A program made the translations under genes and the position numbers. From Psammoneis japonica (taxonomy: Eukaryota), in contig QPGO01000259.1 of assembly GCA_008632985.1 (NCBI GenBank), positions 1-64,000 of the forward strand: a stretch of 64,000 nt of DNA, read 5' to 3'. The notes under the pieces were generated by a model, which had not been told where the DNA came from, searched no databases, and saw only the letters and a program-made list of their open reading frames with translations. Positions 24,990 to 36,351 of the stretch are shown here, one piece after another. Within the stretch, counting starts at the first letter, position 1. Every line of letters starts with the position of its first letter.

Positions 24990-27900
24990 TGCACTGGGAC
25001 TAGACTAAAAGAAAGGCTTGTGACATTGTGCTGCTTTTCTAGAAGTGAGATCTAAACCTGAGGAACTGCTCGGCGCGCTGTCGCCAATGCCAAAGCACAC
25101 CAAACCAACTTGAATTGATCACATGGTAAATTCTTCAGCCCCCTCAAAGGATGAATTGAACAATGAGTCGGCTTCAGCAACCTTGAAATGACAAGGCAAC
25201 CCTGGCAACCTGTGCCAAACCCCCAACGGGGAAAGGGAACCGGGTGTGATGGACTGCTGGTCTTCACAGATGTTGCCAAGGATCATCCCCACAAGCCCCG
25301 TCGCTTCATGCCACCATGCAGGATCTCAGTTGTGAGATCTGCTGGATTGCATTCAAAGCAAATGGGTCCAGTGAGTGACTCACCCATTGCCACCAACTTC
25401 CCAACGGAATGGCAGCAAATGGAGCTCGACTTCTTCTTCAAAGCAGACTCTGGATTTTGCATGTTGTGCACAACCGACATGTTGTCCCCATGAATGCAGG
25501 ATGGGCCAGACAACGGCACACCCATCACCTGCAATTTATGATGTGGGCCATGCAATGACTCTTTACCTTGCTTCATGGCTGCAAACTCAGCCCCAAAGAC
25601 CAAGGTTTCAACCATGCTTTGGCGCTCAGAAAACCATGCGGCGCCAGAGCCATGTTCATGTGGGTGAAACAGCCGGCATGTGAGCGCCTCATCAACTTGT
25701 CATTTGCATGATCAGAGATGACAAACAAGTGCAGATCTGCCTCCAAGCCCAGAGGTCTGGTGCATTGGGTGGGATTGCTTCCTGCACGTCCCCGCAAAAA
25801 GACTTCCAGCCTCATTCCTTGAAGTCAGACATGTCCATGTCCGGACATGTTGGGTCGAACACCAACCCGGCATTGTGTTTTGCCTTGAGGCACCCACGCA
25901 CATGGAACACAGCCTCAAGGTGATTCTCCCTGGGCATGGCAAGCAACGAGGCAAGCTCGGAAACTTCTGTTGTCAGATTGACACGCCCAAGTTTCGCTGT
26001 CCATCACAGAACACCTGCCTGCAATGGGCAGAGCTGGGCTTCATCTGCTGCTGGCTCAGGCAACGCACCTGACTCAGGGCAACAATCCCATGGAAATGGA
26101 GCCGATGCCTGATGTGGCAATGTCTGCCCAGGGCAGTGTTCATCTGGGTGTGCCTTGACATTCTTGACAGCCTGCTGGATGCACTTGCTGGAGCTCATGC
26201 TCCATGCACAGATGCCATTTGGCTTCTGCACCTCTCGGATCTTGGCACCCAGGTGCATCTCAGGGTTGCCAATTGAACCGGGCTTCATCGCGGCGTGCCA
26301 TTGGTGCATCATCTGCGTGCAGCAGTGCACATGCACAGCACTGGAACCCATCCTTGGGCCGGACCATCTCCTTGAGCTGCACATCAGGTTCAGCCAAGCA
26401 AGGCTTCCACCTGAGGTGATGCACGCAGGATGCCAAGTGGTTCCTGAAGTGCTCGCCTGCACTCGTCAACACACAAAGTGCACACTTGACTGTCGCATGC
26501 CTTCCTGCATTGTGACCAAACTCTGGGCCCAGAGTCGCAGTGATCTTCTCACTGTTGGGGGCAGCAGCCAATGTGGACATTCTCTGTGTTTGATGCCTCA
26601 ACCTCCAAGTCATTCAGAGCTGCCAGTGTGAAGGCGATCCTCGCACTCTCGTGTGACACAATGCTTGCATGCATCAAGGTTGCAGGTGCATTGATTGTGT
26701 TTCCACCAGCTGCATGGCGTGCCTTGCACTTGAAGTCCTGCAGCTTCACATCAAAGACCAAGTGATGCTTGCCATGCTGGTGTCCCACCAGCTCCTTGTC
26801 ATCATCAATGATCTCAAATGCCTTGTCAACCACACCCATCTCCTTGTCTGTGGCAGGATGCCACAGACAATTGCCACTTGACTTGTCAATCTTGACAGCC
26901 TCATCGCACATCTTGGGGACATGCATCCTGCACTCATGCATCCATTTGTGACACCACTTGTTCACAGCAGCAATGATCTGCTGCCATTTCTTAAAGGCAC
27001 AATGAACCCACCATGCAAAAGCTGCTGGTTCATCCTTGACAGATCAGGCTCTGGCATGCTCAGCCAACTTGACAGGATTGGATTCCTTCAAGTCTGTGAG
27101 CCATTCCCAAGCAATGGTGCTGTCCTTCCATCAAATGCAAAGGTGCCATCTCCTTTGGTTGTTTTGCGCATTGTTTGGTGCCATCTGCAACCCTGTGGGA
27201 AGGTGTCATCCTTCTGGACTGCATGCCCATCAGTCTTGTGATCAACGACACCATCCTGTGGCAAGCACTGGTTGCCTTTGTTGTTGCATTGCACGAACAT
27301 GTTCTCGGCTGTGACATTCACCGTGAACTCCACTTCCTGCACATGAGGAAATTCAACCTTGCACACATGAGCATCCAAGATGGGATCAGCATTGGCTCTG
27401 CCCTTTGGTGTGTTCCATCCAAATTGAGCTTGTGCCATTTGACTGCCCCAGTTTGTTGGGTGTCCCCGTGAGGTGGCAATGCTTCTGAGTTTGTGCAAAC
27501 ATCAAAAGCAGCATCAGGGATGTTGTCCTCATCGGGTGCACTCGCAGGAGCATCCTGGACTTCATCATCCTCGTGTGGATCAAAGGCAGGAGTCACAGCC
27601 AGACCCAGCTTGGCCTCCGTCAGCCCATTGAATTTCTCAGGCAGTGCCAAATGCGTCTCGTGGCACTGTTCTTCTGGGCTCAAGGTCAGACAGGATGAAT
27701 GGTGGATGACTTGTCCATTGGCTGTCCTTTGGAATCTGACCAAGGCAGCGCCCTGAGACTTCCTTGTTGTCGGGGAATGTGGCTGCCGTGTCCCCAAACA
27801 TGACCCAGTCATGCCAGCCAAACTTGCACATGTGTGAAATGTCAGCTGTTTGTCTGGACACTGTGGTTTTGGGAACCTCTCCATCTGGCTCATAAATGTC

Positions 27901-29330
27901 GTGGACAGTGTTGGATCAGACAAGAGCTTCAAGCTCAAGACAATCATCCCAAAGAAATTTTGGGGCTTGGGTTTTCACCATCTTGCATCTGACATCTTGC
28001 TTGAGTTCACACATGGTGCCCTCAGCAAAGTTGGGCCATGGGGCATGGGGTTCAGTCAGCTCAATGTGACAGTCAGCCTCCCTGGTCTTCTTGCTGAAGT
28101 GGCCCAATGTCTGCTTCTGTTTGGCATGAACATGCACCAGGTGCTCAAAGCTCCAGCTCCGGTGCTTGCCGTAGTGGGAAAGACCTGCCAAGTGATGCTT
28201 TTCAGCTGTGTTGGCAATGTTGTCTGCATTGTTTGGACCCAAGAAGTGATTGCACAGGTTCAGGTGGGCCATCCTGCTGTCCCAATCATGCTGAGCCTTC
28301 TTGACACACGCCCAACATAAATGTTCCCATGTGACTCTGGACGCGTTCCAGCCCTGGGTGGGAGCTCGTAGTGCTGACGTGTGACAACAATAATTTTTAT
28401 CATCCGTCGTATGTTTCGTACGTAGATTTCTACGTGTGATATTTAAAAAAAATTGTCCAGACTCGCTGTTTTGCGAAGCCCCAGACGTTTTATATAACAA
28501 ATTTATAGAAACAATAATGCGCCAGTTACATTCTTCAATGTCTGAAGAATGTAACTGGCCAAGTAAAAAATGATGTACTTCAATCATGTGCGAGTTTGTG
28601 CGTTCGCAAAATTGCCTCATTTTCTGTTGGCGATCATTGACATTTTAATTACCGTATAATTTTACTACGGAGCTCGCACGTAGAAGTCTACGGGCCCAAT
28701 GTCACACGGATTCCCACCTACGTCTGGAACGCGTCTCTGGCAATGATCTCCCAAACCTTGATGTTGGCAGCAAATGTTTTGGTGGGTTGTGGGTTGGCCC
28801 CAGTGTTGAAGTGGGGGCACGGGCAATCATCTCAGTGCAGGCATCAGCACAGTTTTTGGTGGTGTCATCTGCCTCTGGTGTCACCACCTGATTTCTTAAA
28901 CCACACAGGCTGGGGGACGTTGGCCTCCCATGACAAGCTTGGAGGTGCTCTTTTGCAGCTTCCACTGTCTTTGGCCAGTCTTTTTTGATGACAGCAGGCA
29001 GGGCATCAGGGTTCTCATGGGTGGTTTCTGCTGTGCAAAGGTGGCGGTGCCTCCCAACAGCACAGTTGAGGGTGACCTTGGCAGCATGCAGCACACGTGA
29101 GATGCACTCACATGGTGCTGACGAGTGGCAAAAGCTGCAAGCTTGAGATTCCTCTCAGCCCACAGTGGTGCGGTCATCCCCAGGTTGGGTTGTGGATTTG
29201 CTCCGCTGCCTGCTGCACCTCCTAGGATGGAGAATTGGCAAACCAGAGATTGCATCAAAGAAACACATGTGGACATTTGGCGAGCATGTGCTGACCACAT
29301 GCTCTCATTGAGTGTGTGCATCTGTCACAA
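24990..29330 (-). mobile_element. Degraded Ty1/Copia LTR retrotransposon (diatom CoDi-like): gag, partial integrase, RT, RNase H, with an internal deletion near 28125
   Basis: TEPHAPWPNFAEG..ELK (IN); KARHAAGG, ALNDLEV, LGPEFG, LLHADD (RT); ETLVFGAEFAAMK, GDNMSVV, LKKKSSSIC, NPADL (RNase H). Purine tract TTTGAGGGG at 25139-25148 followed by TG suggests the 3' LTR starts at 25137; no matching 5' LTR found; ends approximate. Confidence 0.9.
28340..28735 (-). mobile_element. MITE family A, 396 bp, TSD TCTG; young TpA-retaining copy inserted in Copia gag
   Basis: Perfect 12-bp TIR GACGCGTTCCAG, TCTG on both sides, 28 TA dinucleotides. Confidence 0.96.
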
Positions 29331-29449
29331 ATTGTCTTCAACAAACAACTGCTGACATTTTGCAGACATTCAATCCTCACAACAGGAGCCTCGTGTGCAC
29401 AGGTTTGTCTGGAAACATGGTGTGCACTGTGGGAGCCAGCTGGAAACAA

Positions 29450-31620
29450 GAATCACAAAGAGAGCTTCCTGAGATGGGAGTGTCATGATTGCCACAAAAA
29501 CCAGCCACAAGTTCTCATGCCAGCAAAAGAGCTGAAATGCAGCCCAGACACTCAAGCTCACCTTCCTTTTCATGGTTTTGTGAAGACTTTCTTGATGAGG
29601 TCTTTTGCACGCACAGCCTCACAATTGTCAATGCAGGCAAATTCAAAGTTGACGCAAAAAGGTCTGATGCAGCACTGGTTTGTTCTGCAACAGGTCCATG
29701 TGATTTTGTGATTTGCTCATTTCAAAAAGGCCCAGCATGGGATTTGCTGCAGCAGTTGGTCATGCCATGTGGCATTCAAAACACTGTCTTTGGTGAAGAT
29801 GCGTGAAGAAGAGCCTTTGACAAGCACCATCTGTGGCCGTGTGACCTCCTGGGTGCAAACCACAGCAGAAAAAAACAGCACCTTTGTGCTGGCATGCTGG
29901 CTTCTTCTTTTGATAAAACTCAAAGAGCAAAAAGCAAAAATGTGAGACCTGGGTTGCAGTTTGTGGCTGGTTGGACATGAACCAGGTTTGCACACTGTCT
30001 GGTGCATTCTTTGTGCACACTCCTTTTGCATCAGGCTCATGGCTCCAATGACCCCTGGCTCATGCAGGGACTCATGCACCACAACACATCTTTGTCTCTC
30101 AGAGTGCACTGTCCTGAGCACCACCACTCTTGTCAAAGCAGGTGTGCGCTTCTTTTCTTGAAAGCCATTTTTTTTAAGCTGAGTGTGGGTTGGTGGCCAC
30201 CATCACTGGCTCAAACTCAAGAAAGCACCCTCTCAAAAACTGTCAGTTGGCAGATGCGTGTGGGTGCATCACTTGCACCAACTTGTCAGCCTCTGTCTCG
30301 GCATGATTGATGAAAAATTGTGTGCAGTGTTTCCCCCAAAACAGTGTCAGCATGTGTTGCAAATTAGCCTTGCAGTCAGGCCGACACATTTTTGTCTTCA
30401 AGATGATGAAGGTTTGCATGCACCAGAGTGTTGCCCAGCATTGTCATCTTCTGGATGACACAGCTCCAGTTCTTGTGTCATTGAGAGTCTCTGTGCCACA
30501 TGGGCAATCACCAAATGATGACAAGGCACCTTCCAAGGAGTTGAAACACAAAGTGTGGTGGTGCGTGAGACATTTTCTTTTGCTTTCAAGGGCCCTGTGC
30601 AGAGTGTCTGTGCTGTTTGCATTTTTTGCCTGCCACCCCCATTCCATTGCCACATGCAGCTCCAGAGCCAAGCTCTTTTTGAACACTGTCAGCAGGCACT
30701 CCAGCCAGCTGACTTGCCCTTCACCCATTCACAAAGGCACAATCAGGAAGATCACTTGAGCAGACACAACCGACATTGTTTGTTGCAGCACCATCACCAG
30801 CAATGAGCTCCTTTGTTGAGTGCAGCAACTTCCTCCAAACACCATCATGGCCAGTGACAAGAGCACAAAAACAGTTGTTGTCAGTGATGATTCCTCTTTC
30901 CAAATGCTGTCAAATGGTGTTGACCATGTCTGTGCTGATTTGTTTGTGTGCGCGCATGGGCAGGTGGCAACACAGAATTCTTTGTGGGCTGCACATCCTT
31001 GACAGGGCGTTTCTTGGGGGCCAAATGCTGCAGCAGCATTGCCTGGAAAATGTGCTGCCAACTGGTCCAACTTCATCAACAAATGAACAAACAAAGTTGT
31101 TGAAAAAAGATCTTGGCATGTGCGGGGTTGCCTGGTCTCTGGATCACATCCAAAGCCATGCCATTTGCATGGCATTTGACCTGTGGGTGGCAGATGTGGA
31201 GCGATTCTGTCTGGAGAAAAGAACATGATGCAACAGCAGTGCTCAACCAGCACATCCACCAAAGTTGCCGGTCCCCACTTCCATGGAAAATCATTGGCCC
31301 CAGTTGAATGCCAAACATGTTGGCTCTCAACAAGAGCTTCATTTTCCTTTTCAGCACGTCTTTGTCAGTGCAGAGCTGATGCACGACATCTGCAATTCTC
31401 CTGAACATGGGGCGAATCTGCTCCAGATCATGCAAGGCACAGCGGGTCTGCATCAGTTGGCTCTTTTGCAGTTGATGGCAACTGCAGTTGTGCCAACTCT
31501 GCCAAAGGGACAGCATCTTCTTGATTGAAGCTGTTGTCTTGGAGCATTTTTGCCGTTCTTTCGGGTTGCTCTTTCAGATTTTTGAGTGGTTGTCTCGCGC
31601 ACGTGTGCGCAGTCATTAGA
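29450..31620 (-). pseudogene. Unclassified degraded coding-like sequence, probably TE-derived
   Basis: Protein-like fragments in successive minus frames, TpA-depleted; no family recognised. Confidence 0.35.
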
Positions 31621-34010
31621 CTGTGCAGGTGTGTGTGCGTGTGTGAGGTGCAAGCAGGATGTCGTTTGGGCTTGGTGCACATAAAAACCTGGGTGTGGCA
31701 CCCGGGTTTTCACATTGGCGACAGCCATTAGACCAAAAAAACAAATGCACGTTGACAATGGGCTAAATCCCTTTAATCCCTCTCTTCATCACTGTTGATC
31801 CATGGCATGTGCAGCAGTGACCGCCACAAACTGATTGCCGACTGCTGTGCCAAAGATTGTGGGCGCCACACCCCGGTTTCTGGGGCGATTTTCCCGGGTT
31901 TTCTAGCGCGATCTGTGCGCCGTAGCCTGCCGGCAGGTCCGCACGAAAAGGTGAGCGATGGTGCAGTGCCAAGCTTGGACATGAAACAAAAGTCGCTGCG
32001 ACAACATCAAAAGACGAATTGAAGAAGAGTGTCATGGCGGCGCTCATCGACCAAGGTGCTGTTGATGCAGCGGTGGAAGCTGGACCAAGCTTGCCATCGT
32101 GTGTGACACAAAGCATCACTGAAGAACCACCCAAGGAGCTCAATCTAGAAGAAGTGCTGGAGGAGGCGAACGAAGAAGGTGATGGAGGTGACTCCGATGA
32201 AGAGCATGAAATGGCTGACATGCACGATGAAGCAAGGGCTGAAGCCTTTGATGATCGGCGAAGAGCCGTTGTCAATGAAGATTCTGATGAACAAACAGTT
32301 GAAGTCAGTGACGCCACTTCATTGTTGCTTCACCGCGGGAATGTCGAGCACCCCAACAATCTTCGCATTCCAGCACCGCCAACCGACTGGGCTCCTGCAG
32401 CTCGAAAGGTGCAACAAGGCGAGCCCAAATTTGTGGACGTGGACAACCCAGGCGGCTGGAGTCAGTTCACTTTCCGCCCTGAATTTAACACCAAGGGCAC
32501 CAAACAATGCTTGCACCATTCGCTCCCAACAGGTGCAACTCCTGTTCCCGCCGATGACGAAGGCAGACGCGTGGTCAACAATTGGGAATTTCACTGTGAT
32601 GGGTGGACACGTGCGCAATCAGCCCACTTTGTTCCTGATGATGCTGGAGCAACGCTGTCCCTGCCAAACAGGAGTGGAGCCACAAAAGAAGAGTTGTTCC
32701 CAGCCAGCAGGAAGGGCTCCTTGGATCCGGAAATTCTGAAAGCGCTTGACATGAAGAAGGAGCGAATCAGCAACCGCGATGCTCTCTTTTTTTGTCAGTT
32801 GATTTTACCATTTTGTGACATTTCAAAGTCGACTGTGGACAATGATCCGCGGAAGTCCTTTTACACCGAAGTTGAAAGGTTCTCTAACTTGCATGCTTTG
32901 AGAGACCTAAATCTGTTCAACTCGTGTGGGCATCGTGTCAGCATGGTCACTGCAACAGAGTTGGTGCATTTTGATGGTGTGGTGGTTCGTGATGGGGTGA
33001 GAGGTGGCAGTGATGGTGCCATTTGTCGATGGTGGCAGATCGGATCGGGCTGTGATTCGACAATGGCAACGTCAATGAATCACACTCGCTGGCTCCAAAT
33101 GAAGCGTCTGATCAAGCTTTGCGATGACCAGGAGGCACCACAACGTGGAGAGGATGGGCATGACCCAGCGTGCAAGCATTCTATGCTGCATGATGTCATC
33201 ATGCACAATGTGAATGCGATCACTGGAGTTGCTGAACTCAACACATGTGGCGATGAAACAACTTGGGGGCATGTGGGTTATGGAGAGGCTGGGAGCGGAT
33301 TGACTGGTAGAATCACTGGCAAGCCGGGCATCACGAAGGGGGGGCAAGTTGTCATTGTCAGTGACGTGCACCGTGTTCGACCACGAGCGTGTCCACATCG
33401 TCACAAGCTTCATCCGAAGCCTCAAGGTTGGGGAGCAATGGCCCCCCTTGAAGTGCAAATGATTGTGGAGAAACTGGCACCCATGGTGCAAATGGCCGGT
33501 GGTGACAATGATGAAGGAGGACCAAAGAAGATGTTTGTGGGTGAGCCTCATTCCACGTGGGACAACTGCTTCTCAGGCGACCAGATTGTGGGCTGGCTCG
33601 GCGAAAATGGTTTTTCTGCAACGATGACATGTCGTTGAGATCACCTCCCATCCGGAATCCCTGGCAAGCATTTTCACAAGAAGACAACACGGTCGGATGA
33701 CAGGTCAAAGGTGGCTCGTTTCCATGAGCCAGTCAATGCGGTAAAGACGGTTCCTGGATCGGATGTGAATGGGGAGCACCAACGGCTTCATTGTTCATTT
33801 CAATCTACCTCCTCCTGCAACATTTCAACAGTGAATGCTCTCAATTCTTGTTCAAAACATGTGAGACATCGTGAATGAGGCCAGGGAGCAAGCAAGCACC
33901 ATTGGGGCATTGAAATGAATGAAGCAAGAGCGATGTGCCTCAACACCCACGGACGGACGAATTGATTCCATTGATCACTTGATCAAGAACACACACATGT
34001 TTGTAGATCG

Positions 34011-35032
34011 TGGAAGCGCTGGCACTCGGCAATGCTGCACGGCAAGTTGCTTGCCGTTGCAGTCGCACGTGACATTTGCATTGAATGTTGTGAAGGAAAT
34101 CTGTGTCTGGAGTGGTGTGATGAGAGTCCGATGTCCTGCTGGTCATTTTGAGACAGAGTTTCTCAGCAAATGTCAGAGCACAAGCTGGAGTGTCATGTGC
34201 ATCCTGGAGACTCTGCAATGCGAGCATCAACACAACAAAGCCAGCAACGTCGTTTGGACGTAGCTGGCTTGACTGCCACCATGGGTGAGGACGTCACAAC
34301 CATTCAATGCCGGCAGGCAAAACGTGGTGGCCAGTCATCCCGCTTGTGTGGTGACCTGACACACTTGCGCAGACACATTGACGGATTGGAGACGGGTTTG
34401 AAGCACCCGCATCTTTGTGCTTGGTGTGGTGGAAATGCGCAGTCGCGATGCAACGTTTGTGGGAAATGCCTGCATTGTGCAAGGTCCCACTGTGGGGAAC
34501 ATGGCAGCAAGAATTGTTTTTTGGAAGCACTGGCACTCGGCAATGCTGCACGGTAAGTCGCTTGCCGTTGCAGTCGCACGTGACATTTGCATTGAATGTT
34601 GTGAAGGAAATCTGTGTCCGGAGTGGTGTGATGAGAATCCGATGTCCTGCTGGTCATTTTGAGACAGAGTTTCTGAGCAAATGTCAGAGCACAAGCCGGA
34701 GTGTCGTGTGCATCCTGGAGACTCTGCAATGCGAGCATCAACACAACAAAACCAGCAACGTCATTTGGACGTAGCTGGCTTGACTGCCACCACGGGTGAG
34801 GACATCACAACCATTCAATGCCGGCAGGCAAAACGTGGTGGCCAGTCATCCCGCTTGTGTGGTGACCTGACACACTTGCGCAGACACATTGACGGATTGG
34901 AGGCGGGTTTGAAGCACCCGCATCTTTGTGCTTGGTGTGGTGGAAATGCGCAGTCACGATGCAACATTTGTGGGAAATGCCTGCATTGTGCAAGGTCCCA
35001 CCGTGGGGAACATGGCAGCAAGAATTGTTTTT
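34011..35032 (+). repeat. 511-bp tandem duplication inside the transposase
   Basis: 34011-34521 is nearly identical to 34522-35032. Confidence 0.95.
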
Positions 35033-35326
35033 TTCTCTGCCATGATGAAGGATTGTTTGGTCTTGCACGAGATGACACCAAACTTTTTGTTCACAAACGC
35101 AAGTCAGATTGGAGAGAGCCGTCACAAGCAAAAAAGCGGTTGAGCGCGACTCACATTCAAGATCTTCGTCAAGGGCGCAACAACACTGCATCACAGTGTC
35201 TGTCCATCAGCTGTCGCTGCTTTGCATGACACATGAATCACATTTCTGTCAAATGAAATCACATTTCTGTCAAATGACCACCAGTGCTGGCGAAGAGCAT
35301 TGCTGGTGCACCGATGAAACCAATGA

Positions 35327-35469
35327 ACCCGCATGAAAAAACACGGGTGTGACACCCGGGTTTCAAATGCGTGCGCCACACCCGCATAAAAAAACCCGGG
35401 TGTGACACCCGGGTTTCAAATGCGTGCGCCACACCCGCATAAAAAAACCCGGGTGCCGCACCCGGGGTT
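35327..35469. repeat. 53-bp subterminal tandem repeats (2.7 units), each with palindrome AAACCCGGGTGTGACACCCGGGTTT or a close variant
   Basis: Units start at 35327, 35380 and 35433. Confidence 0.93.
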
Positions 35470-36351
35470 CTGGCGCCACGACTAAACGATACGTAGAATT
35501 ACTACTGAGTGATTGACATGCCGTGGATTTTCCGCCGGTACACAATCTACGTGGTCTACATGGAACATAAATTTATGTTGGTCTCTGAAGCTATTACATA
35601 TCATTGATTTTGCTGATGCCTCTAATATATGTATATACCAATTAAAAGTCTGACAGAACACCCCGAAAGAACTCTGGAATCTGTATAAAAAAAATTTCTA
35701 TTTAACGGTGCGAACAGAATTGTCGCGAAGCGCTTCTCAAAATAACTTCAGATTGTATATATAGTGAAACATCTACTATTACCAAAACACAGTGACTATC
35801 GGATAAATAGATCCCGTGGTCTTCGCGCGCAAACAACACGATAACGCACAACAACACCATGGCGAGAAACGCGAACGCCGTCCCCTCATCTACAAGCTGG
35901 GAATACGAGATACTATTGAAGTGGTTGGACAATATGTATGCGCTGTATTCATGGGTCAAGTTGGGTTTCTTCTCGCTGCTTGTTGTTGCGTCATTTTACA
36001 ACGTTTTGACCCACGCCGTTTTCTTTGCTTTGTTGCTTCTGCTCGCGCGCCACCAACAGCTCTTCCTGCAGGGTATGGCTAGTTGCACGGCTGCATCGAA
36101 CCCAAACGTGCGCGACCAACTAGCCCTACCCCGGCTAACTCATATTTGTGTGTTCAAGCATGAAGGAATTGCATATGTTATGTAAAAGCCTCAGGAACAG
36201 ACATAAATTTATCTTCCTGTAGAGCCCGTCATTGTGTACCGTTGAAAATCCACACCGCCTGTCAACTTGCTCACTCACTCACTCAGCTGCACTGTACAGT
36301 ACCGTACACACACCACATTCAACATACAGTGCACGCCTACACAGTCAAGAA

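Larger units (their letters stand above)
31685..35469 (+). mobile_element. piggyBac-like DNA transposon with disrupted DDD transposase (32019-~35229)
   Basis: RWLQMKRLIKLCD, GDETTW, KP.ITKGGQ, WDNCFS, TMTCR, IDSIDHLI, C-terminal CxxC..CxxC; inverted ends AACCTGGGTGTGGCACCCGGGTTTT / AAAACCCGGGTGCCGCACCCGGGGTT. Confidence 0.85.

Noticed and set aside
25283..28120. ADAR editing of retrotransposon RNA as the cause
   Set aside because: Both A>G and T>C occur in the same copy, and DNA transposons and satellites are equally affected
28340..28735. Classical RIP (CpA>TpA) making this copy TA-rich
   Set aside because: The copy keeps many CA/TG sites and has intact TIRs; conserved Tyr codons elsewhere show TA is ancestral
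32019..33638. Alternative genetic code explaining Tyr-poor ORFs
   Set aside because: Neighbouring host genes use TAT/TAC and TAA/TAG normally
35327..35469. Palindromic repeats as a CRISPR array
   Set aside because: Intervening sequences are identical, there are no cas genes, and they sit at a transposon end
35702..36185. Short hydrophobic ORFs on both strands
   Set aside because: No recognisable motif or splice support; cannot choose a strand
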